A DNA stretch of 64,000 bases. Origin: Eledone cirrhosa (taxonomy: Eukaryota). Below the pieces are notes generated by a model, which did no database searches, had not been told where the DNA came from, and was given only the letters and a program-made list of their open reading frames with translations. Of this stretch, positions 54,681-64,000 are shown in pieces. Within the stretch, counting starts at the first letter, position 1. Each line of letters begins with the position of its first letter. Location: positions 34,906,001 through 34,970,000 of the forward strand of contig OZ024742.1 of NCBI GenBank assembly GCA_964016885.1. The letters are read 5' to 3'. The position numbers and the translations under genes are program-made.

Positions 54681-57171
54681 GCATTTATCTTGCTTTATGT
54701 TCATACGAGTTATCACCAAGTCACAACCAGTGACCTCAAGAGACAACAAGGTCCGCCATGTTCAAGAAAGAACATACATATTCACACATGCATCCTTAGT
54801 GTTTAGACTTGTGATGTACTTATATTGACAGGATCTTCCTTAGTATATGGGCAGTTCCCATTAGTACTATCTTTTGTATTTCTCCTATACGCGGGTTTCC
54901 TGGGATTTGCGATAAGTAGTCGTTAGACCCCTTAGGTATCATTCCCAGAGCGCCTACAACCACTGGTATTGTTTTAGTTCTCAATTTCCACATTTTTCCA
55001 ATTTCTATCTCCAGGTCCTTATACTTGCTCAATTTTTCAAATGTTTTTATAGATACATTCTTGTCTATTGGAACAGACATATCAATTAGCAGGCATACCC
55101 TCCTTTGAAAGTCCTTCAATATTATATCAGGTCTATTTGCATCTATTTTTCGGTCTGCTTGGATGCTAAAGTTCTACAAGATTGAGATGTGATCTTTTTC
55201 AAGTATGGGAGGTGGTTGATGCTCCCACCAATTCTTTTGATGGGGCAGGTCAAAATGCTTACACATTATCCAATGTATGTATTGTGCAGCTCTGTCATGC
55301 CTGTTTAGGTATTCGGTTGGAGCTATAGGACTGCACATTGAAATTATATGGTCAATGGTCTCTGGTTGTTTTTTGCATACACGGCATAATGGGATGCACC
55401 CATTTTTTATTATGTTGGCTTGGAAATTTTTTGTTGGCAGACACTGATCTTGTGCCGATATAATCAGTCCTTCAGTCTCCGATTTCAGTCCAGAGGATGC
55501 CAACCACTGATGGGTTAAAGTTTTGTCAACATCAGGATTGTTAGCTGGCTCTGGGTATTTTCCATACAGAGGCTTTTCTTGCCATTTCTTAGCCAGTTTC
55601 TGTAGCAGTTCTTTCTTTGCAGTTACTTTTACCTGCTTTGCTTTTTCTGTGTTTTCCATTTCAGCAGTAAATGGGACTTCTGAAATTTGTAGTCCATTAC
55701 TGTATCTTTGTGCATCTTTTGTAATGGAATATGATCTTTTGGTGCTTTCGTGTTTCAAAACGAGTTTGATCATCCAATCATGTGATTCCCTTAGATATGT
55801 GGATAATCCAATTGTTGCAGTTTTCAACGCAATGTCTAACTGGATTAACCCACGTCCTCCTTCTTTCCTAGGGAGATATATTCTATCTATGTCTGCCTTA
55901 GGGTGATGCATTCTGTGCATGGTTAAGAATTTTCGGATTTTTGTATCGAGCCTACGGATCTCTGTGCTTGACCAGTTGATGACATTGTAACTGTAGGTTA
56001 CTACTGGTATGGCAAGCGTGTTTATGGCATCGATCCTATTCCTTGCATTCAATTCCGTTCTTAAGATTGCTCTGACTCTGCGGTAACATTCCTTCCTTAT
56101 CCTTTCCCTCATTGTCGAGTGCTTGATTCCGTCTCCTTCACAAACACCTAGATATTTGTAAGTTTTTTCTTGATCAAGCTCTCTTATCACATTCCCCCGA
56201 TCAAGATTAATGTCTGAACTCTTCAGCAGCTTTCCTCTGGTGAACGTTGCTTTGGCGCATTTATCCAGTCCAAACTCCATTTTAATGTCATCACTGAACT
56301 GATTCACAGTGGATAATAGCCCTTGCAATTGTTCATCATTTTTTGCAAATAGTTTCAGGTCATCCATGTAGAACAGGTGATTAATGGTTTTGTCATAGAC
56401 TCTATATCCATGTTTTGTTTCATTGAGCATTTTACTTAATGGTATAAGTGCGATGCAGAATAAAAGCGGTGATAAAGAGTCACCCTGAAAAATTCCACAA
56501 TTAATATTAACTTCTCCAGCTTCCAGTGATTTTGTTTCACTATTCAAAAGGAGTGTCGTTCTCCATGTCTTCATACTGAATGACAAAAACCTCCTGACAA
56601 CGGGGGATATTTTGAAAATCTCTAAACATTTTTCAATCCAACTGTGTGGCAAACTATCGAATGCTTTTTTATAATCTATCCAAGCAATCGATAGATTTTT
56701 GTGTCTATTATGACAATCTTCCAGTATCATTTTGTTAACCAGAAGCTGATCCTTACAGCCATATGAGCCTCGTTTACACCCTTTCTGCTCAATGGGAAAT
56801 AGGTCATTTGTTATCAGGTGGTCATATGTGTATTCAGTTAGGACTGATGTTAAAATGTTATACATTGTGGTCAAGCAGGTTATCGGTCTGTAATTTTTGG
56901 GATTGTTTGTCTCATCATTCTTCGGTAGCAGGAATGTAATGCCGTTAACTAGCCATGATGGTATCTTTTCTGGCTCCTTAACTATTTCATTGTAAAGTTG
57001 GGCTAACAGCTCATGAGACTCTGTGAAGGCATTTATCCAAAAGTTTTGTATTTTGTCTTTTCCTGGGGATTTCCATTTGCTGGTTTTTCTTAGAGCCAAG
57101 CGCAACTGTTCAACTGTTATATTTTCCCATGTTTGTTCTTCAAGGTGAGCTGTTTCTTTCATTTGTCTGTC

Positions 57172-57172
<1 letters not shown>
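54681..57172 (-). mobile_element. R4/Dong-type RLE retrotransposon family 2, 5'-truncated 2.5-kb copy
   Basis: Distinct 3' UTR; (ATT)n on both sides; RT-CCHC-RLE ORF. Confidence 0.95.
54820..57162 (-). CDS. Reverse transcriptase + CCHC zinc knuckle + restriction-like endonuclease; one in-frame stop at 55174-55176; N-terminally truncated
   Basis: KSPGKD, NYRPITCL, WIDYKKAFDSLPH, GIFQGDSLSPLLF, HLFYMDDLKLF, YKYLG, CRVC..ETIDHIISMC, NRPDII..ID..K..KY; ORFs 55174-57162 and 54820-55119 share a frame. Confidence 0.93.
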
Positions 57173-57210
<38 letters not shown>

Positions 57211-57220
57211 GTTATTGTTA

Positions 57221-57361
57221 TTCCTTGAATCTCAGTCATTGATGTTGGTTAACTGGAAAGTCCGTTGGATTGAATATCAAGCCACTACCTGCAGCCTCAG
57301 ATATTCAGGACGTATCGGAGGGTTCTTGCTGTTCCAAGCAAGCATGCCTTTTGAAGCGTTC

Positions 57362-57362
<1 letters not shown>
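57221..57362 (-). mobile_element. R4/Dong family 1 short copy d
   Basis: Family 3' end, (ATT)n flanks. Confidence 0.9.
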
Positions 57363-57410
<48 letters not shown>

Positions 57411-57414
57411 GTTA

Positions 57415-58145
<731 letters not shown>

Positions 58146-58152
58146 GTTGTTA

Positions 58153-59092
58153 TTCCTTTAATCTCAGTCATTGATGTTGGTTAACTGGAAAGTCCGTTGG
58201 AATGAATATCAAGTCAGTACCTGCAGCCTCAGATATTCAGGACGTATCGGAGGGTTCTTGCTGTTCCAAGCAAGCATGCCTTTTGAAGCGTTCCAAAAAG
58301 CGTGACGGGGCCGATTTTCTTTAACCATCCCTGGAAACTTTTGGAGATAGTCCCCAGTGCGCCTATGACAATCGGGATCACTTTGACTTCATGGCAGTTC
58401 CAAATCCTTTTCACCTCCCACTTTAAGTCCTGGTATCGGTTAATTTTCTCCCTCTCCTTCTCTTGCACTCTCGTGTCGAAAGGGCAGGCCACATCCACAA
58501 TCAGACACGATCTTTTTTCTTTGTCCACAACCACCAGGTCAGGTCTATTGTGTTCCAGTTTTTTTGTCCGTCTGTATCCTAAAATCCCACAGCACTTTCA
58601 CCTGATTGTTCTCCATCACCGCCTCTGGCCTATGCTCATACCATTTCTCAGAGTGTGGTAAATTGTTTACTTTGCACAGGTGCCAGTGGATCACCCTGCC
58701 CATCACATCGTGTCTCCAGCCCTTATAGTGGGTCTGGGCTAGGTGTTTACACTCGGACACAATGTGAGCCACAGTCTCCTCTCTCTCTCCACAGATCCTG
58801 CATAGTGGGCTAGCCTCCTCCTTGTAAATATGGTGCTTCAACCACTTCGTTTTGAGGGCCCGCTCCTGCGCAGCCATTAGCATTCCTTCTGTAGCCTTTT
58901 TGAGGTTTCCTCTTCTCAACCAGTTCCATGTCTGTGGATCTCTAAATTCAGTTTTCTCAAAGAAGGTACTATGAAGGGATTTTCCCTTAAGGCTGCTCTT
59001 CCTCCTTGATGTTATTTCCTCCTTGGACATCCCCTGGCCTACTGTCCCCTCCTTCAGTACAGCATTGGCTCCTTACTATAGGTCACGTATTT

Positions 59093-59094
<2 letters not shown>
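58153..59094 (-). mobile_element. R4/Dong family 1 copy g
   Basis: ORFs 58545-59030 (CRIC..H..C) and 58229-58534, one frameshift. Confidence 0.92.
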
Positions 59095-59148
<54 letters not shown>

Positions 59149-59872
59149 TCTCAAATCCTTCTGACTTACATGAGGGAATCGAATATTGGTCAAATCCAGC
59201 AGTTCTTCTGTAATGAATTACTCCTGGATTGGACTACTCCACTTTTGTAGAGTGTCTCCACGTCACTTTGCTGTGCTTATGCTAAACCCAACGTAAACTC
59301 GATTAAGAAGAAATTTGGGTGGGAATCCACTAGTTAAGTCGAATCAGACGCCTCACATTTCTGCTCACTCACCATGCATAGACAGATCGAAAATTTTGTA
59401 AAACATGAAATAAGCATAATATTTCTATAAAACATACAATATTTAACACACGATCTAATATAACTTTCCGGAAATCACCGAAATCACCCGAAATCACTTC
59501 CCCGGTGATCAATAAATGAACCCACAACTAAAAAAACAAACACGGATAAAAAGTAATAAGAAAACAAAAAAAAACCGAATCGAACCATTTGAAATTTGAA
59601 GAAAAGTTAAAAATGAACAAGAAAACTCTAAACGGTTAGTATATATATATTTCAATTTGGAGTTTTCCCCTGCATTGTAAATCCTGGTCGTTTTAACCTT
59701 TCCACTGCAGACCACAACTGCATTGTAGCTTTGGCCGTTGTTATTGATGTTGTTGTTACTGCTGTTGCTTTTGTTGTTGTTGTAGCTGATGCTACAGTTC
59801 CTTTCTAGCCTCCAACAACCACTGTTAGTATGTGTTTATGTATGTATGCGTATGTGTATAGGTATGTATGCA

Positions 59873-59970
<98 letters not shown>

Positions 59971-60095
59971 TAGTAATAAGTACAAAGACCAAAAACCGAA
60001 GAGGACTCGATAAGTATTGAATATATATATAAGTATATATAAACACGTAGAGCAAATATTCATTATTAGTACAGATTAAAAGTTTAATCTGTACT

Positions 60096-60142
<47 letters not shown>

Positions 60143-60326
60143 CGTGTGTATATATATATACATATATATATTTATACACACACACACACCCTCCCACACA
60201 CACACACACACACATATATATTTATATTTGTTCAATAAAAAAGAGTTAGTTGAGTTTTATATAACAGATGTCAAGCACTCAACGATATATATTTATATGG
60301 ATTATTATAATATTAATAAACGAAAG

Positions 60327-60744
60327 ATAGTTACTTTAGATCATCTCTATTTATTTTATTATACATATTTCGAAGATGCAAAACATAATCCAAAACATGT
60401 CATGTCAGACAAAATGCATAGGTGATGCAGGTTTCTTTTGATACACTGGCGGTCAAACGAGCTGGACCGATCGGTGATAACCAAGCGTATGATTAGAAAA
60501 AAAAACTTCAACACAGATGTTACGTGGTGATGTTACGTAATATCCTCTGTGTTAGGTTTTTTTCTAATCACATGCTTGGTTATCACCGATCTGTCCAGCT
60601 CGTTTGACCGCCAGTGTATCAAAAGAAACATGCATCTCCTATGCATTTTGTCTGACATGACATGTTTTGGATTATGTTATACATAATCCTTGCATCTTCG
60701 AAATATGTTTAATAAAACAAATAGAGATGATCTAAAGTAACTAT
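60327..60744. repeat. Fold-back with arms of about 190 bp and a spacer of about 28 bp
   Basis: 60327-60517 is the reverse complement of 60546-60744 with a few mismatches and one indel. Confidence 0.92.
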
Positions 60745-60761
60745 TTATTGTTTATTATAAG

Positions 60762-60952
60762 GGCGGTGGATTGGCAGTATCGGTAGAGGGTCGGACGCTA
60801 TGCTTCGCAGCATAGAGTTACGGACCTTTATGATCTGAGTTCAAATCTCACCGAGGTTAACTTTGCCTTTCATCCTTACGGGGTCTATAAAATAAAGTAC
60901 CAGTAATACACTGTGATAATTGCTGGCCTTGTGCCAAAAGTAGAAATAATTA
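60762..60952 (+). mobile_element. SINE family A
   Basis: Family head, core and tail. Confidence 0.9.
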
Positions 60953-61386
60953 TATATATATATAGGGTGTATGTATGTCTGTATCTGAGTGTATGTATGT
61001 TGCGTATCTATGGATCAATGTGTGTGTGTGTGTGGGGGGGGGTATGCATGTGGGGGGGGGGGGGGGTGATCGCATGTCTGTAAAACAATAAAAATTGTGA
61101 ACCTCCTTGAAACGTTGTTTTTGTTGTTATTGTTTTTTTTGTTTTGTTTTTTTAGTTGCAGCCCACGTTTTTCCCCCTTGCCCATCTACATTGCTACCTA
61201 CCTCCAATTTGTGAATCTTATCACCCGTTTATTTCTAACCCTTGCTCGTTTTGCACAATCCTCCCAAACACAACACGCTCATATAACCAATAACCACTTC
61301 CCCGTTGCACCACCACAGTTGTGTTCCATTATAATGATAAATAAATAAATGAATAAATAAATAAATAAGTAAAATGTTTAAATGTG

Positions 61387-61875
61387 TTAACCCTTTTGAT
61401 ACCAAATCACCCGAAACCACTCCTGGTTCGATGATACAACTCTGTCTGTTTTAAACTATATATTTATCTAAAAACCTTACACCAAAATTTTTTGTTAGAA
61501 ACTTAATTAAACTATCAGCATGATTATGAGAAAATTATTGATAATACTAAATCCAACTAAATTCTTGATTATCTTCAAGATTATCTAAAAATCAATACCG
61601 TGCATTCCATTAGAAATATGGTTTCAAATGGATTAACCCTTTTTGATAACAAAGCGCATGAAATTGCCCCTGCTTAGACGATACAAAATTGTTTGTTTTA
61701 AACGTCCATCATAATTCTATGTTGGAACCTTTGTTAAGTTGTTTTCCAAACAAAAGATAAATTATGAGAGAGTCAGTTATTTTACTAAATCCCAACAAAA
61801 TCTTAATTATTTGGAAAATTATTTTAAAATCAAAGGCAGAGTCGTTCATTAGAAATATGGTAACGAAGGATTTAA
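61387..61875. mobile_element. Two tandem MITEs of about 245 bp sharing a TTAA (piggyBac-like)
   Basis: TTAACCCTTT starts at 61387 and 61633; both end CATTAGAAATATGGT..GGAT(T)TAA. Confidence 0.7.
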
Positions 61876-62231
61876 ACTTAGCTTAGTTTTTTCGCTCCCT
61901 ACAGACATCGAGTGAGAAGGTAAACTGTATATCAACACAAGGGCGTGTTGATATACATATGATAACCCAAAGCAAGACAAATGAAGACGTAAGTGGTAAG
62001 GACCTGACATTTGCTGTTTTCCCTGCAAATATCCCAGCACACTTCTTGGAGCCAATGAGGTTATTTATTTGATTTTTACAGATGTTTTATGAATGATTAT
62101 GTATATATTTATTAATGTTATGTGTGTATATATATATATATATATATGAATGTATATACAGTGTATTTTGCAATACACTGTATGCTTAATTAAAATCATT
62201 TCGAAGACCTTACGCTATTGTTTTAGAGTAG

Positions 62232-62326
62232 TGACAGTCTCACTTACTTTAAATTTTCAGCAAACAGGGGGCCCACCAATTCTAATATATATACACACAT
62301 ACACACATATATATACATACATACAC

Positions 62327-62410
<84 letters not shown>

Positions 62411-62526
62411 ATGTATGTATATATATGTGTGTATGTGTGTATGTATGTGTGTGTGTATACTTACATATTTATATTAGAATTGGTGGGCCCCCTGTTTGCT
62501 GAAAATTTAAAGTAAGTGAGACTGTA
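62232..62526. repeat. 55-bp inverted repeat around a TA/CA/TG microsatellite; family shared with 14376-14540
   Basis: ACAGTCTCACTTAC..CCACCAATTCTAATAT and its reverse complement. Confidence 0.9.
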
Positions 62527-62581
62527 TACACACACACATACATACACACATACACACATACACACATATATATACATACAT

Positions 62582-62649
<68 letters not shown>

Positions 62650-62684
62650 ATACTTACACGCACTACATATATATATATCTATAT

Positions 62685-62790
62685 TATTTTGTGTTTGTTT
62701 CGCGATATTCTTTATCTGAATCATAATGTTGAAATAGATAATGTATTTTGGGAGGGTCATACTGCCAATAAAAATCACAAACATTGTTTG
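62685..62790 (-). repeat. Diverged copy of the repeat at 1995-2100 / 8610-8660 / 13556-13660
   Basis: Shared TTATTGGCA..ATGACCCTCCCAAA..TTCAGATAAAGAAT. Confidence 0.75.
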
Positions 62791-64000
62791 CGATACATTT
62801 TCTTATTAATCAAACTGCCATATGTGTAATGACATTGATTGGTTAATAAAGAAGTGAACTTCTAACGGTGCATAAGATTTTCATCGGGAGAATGACACTC
62901 GTGCTAGAAGATACAATGGCATATAAAAGTCTACATAAATCACATTCATCTAAAATAAATAAGGCAGTACATAATCCGACAACACTTCACATTCTGATGA
63001 TGAGACTGTGAAAGTCTAGAAAGATTGACAGACACATTTACACATACACATATATAAATATGCATACATAGGTATGCTTGTAAATATATATATATATATA
63101 TATATGCAAAGTTTTATTTAAATTGTTGGGTTACAACGAGTAAATATTTATAAATGATATAAAAGCACTCAACAAGTATTTGGAGTATATTTACGATATT
63201 AAATAAATGGAAACTATATTTATAAAACCATATTTATTTCACTATATATATTTCAGGGATATCATATTAAAAATATGGTATGCCTTCTTCAGACAAAATA
63301 CAATATAAACAGTCTTATAAATAGATAGATTTGACATACCTTACAACTTCAACTTCCATTTAAAAAGTTGATTTGGTAGTGAAAAATGTTAGGGACAGTT
63401 ATAAAAGGAAAGAAAGAAAAAAAGCGAAGAAAAAGAAGAAATGCATGCAACTAAACAGAGAGAGATAGATATAGAGAGATAGATAGAGAGAAGAAATTCG
63501 TGTAAAGAAACAGAGAGAGATAGATAGAGAGAGAAAAAACACAGAGGGAGATAGATAGAGAGAGAGAGAGAGAAGAGAGAGAGAGAAAAAAATAGAGAGA
63601 GAGATATAGATAGAGATAGAGAGAAAGAAAATAGGTAGTTGGGCACCAGTTGAATGACGTATCAATGATATATTTATTTATTTATTTATTTATTTAGTTC
63701 TAGTATTAAGGTAGAGAGAGATATATGTGGTTCGGAGAGAAAATAGCCGTTACATAGAGAGAAAAGAAAAATATCCAGAGATAAACGAGGCAGATTTAAA
63801 ACATTATGTTTCATCAATGTAAAAATATCAATTCGTATGAATTAGGTATTATAATGTAAATATCAGTATTCATGAGTGAGACACGTATCAATAATGTGTG
63901 AAAAATAATGATCATATGTCTAGTTTAAAATTCCTAGGTTTATATCAGAATTGAGGTAAAAAACTGAGATAAAAAAAACTGAGATAAAAAACTGAGATAA

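Noticed and set aside
55523-55906. Plus-strand ORFs over the RT region (also 53256-53558, 57896-58174, 58302-58661)
   Set aside because: Antisense shadows of retrotransposon coding sequence
62993-63035. CTGATGATGAGACT..AGTCTAGAAAG hammerhead-like motif
   Set aside because: Stem II closing pair and cleavage triplet are not intact; at best a relic
63955-64000. AAAAACTGAGAT tandem repeats as a telomere
   Set aside because: Only three variable units at the window edge and not a TTAGGG-type repeat

Overview
AT-rich eukaryotic (metazoan) non-coding DNA made almost entirely of nested transposable elements and (TA)n/(CA)n/(TACA)n/(ATT)n microsatellites. The repeat content suggests a coleoid cephalopod, probably octopus (inference). 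No intact host gene is visible, only two speculative micro-exons. Main contents: (1) a frameshifted Penelope-like element (RT + GIY-YIG) whose 3' part and downstream flank are duplicated 11.5 kb apart, plus a second PLE GIY-YIG remnant; (2) at least nine hammerhead-ribozyme motifs in about five unrelated short repeat families, including a canonical one, a tandem retrozyme-like pair and an inverted pair; (3) a 7-kb array of R4/Dong-type RLE retrotransposons and Tx1/L1-type copies stacked in one (ATT)n tract; (4) many tRNA-derived SINEs of two families, RTE and CR1 fragments, Helitrons (two with Pif1 helicase remnants) and mariner/pogo/piggyBac-type MITEs; (5) a fold-back U6 snRNA fragment and an LTR-like stretch followed by a 38-nt tRNA-Trp complement. 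Coordinates were read by eye and may be off by a few bases. Family names come from recalled motifs, not database searches.
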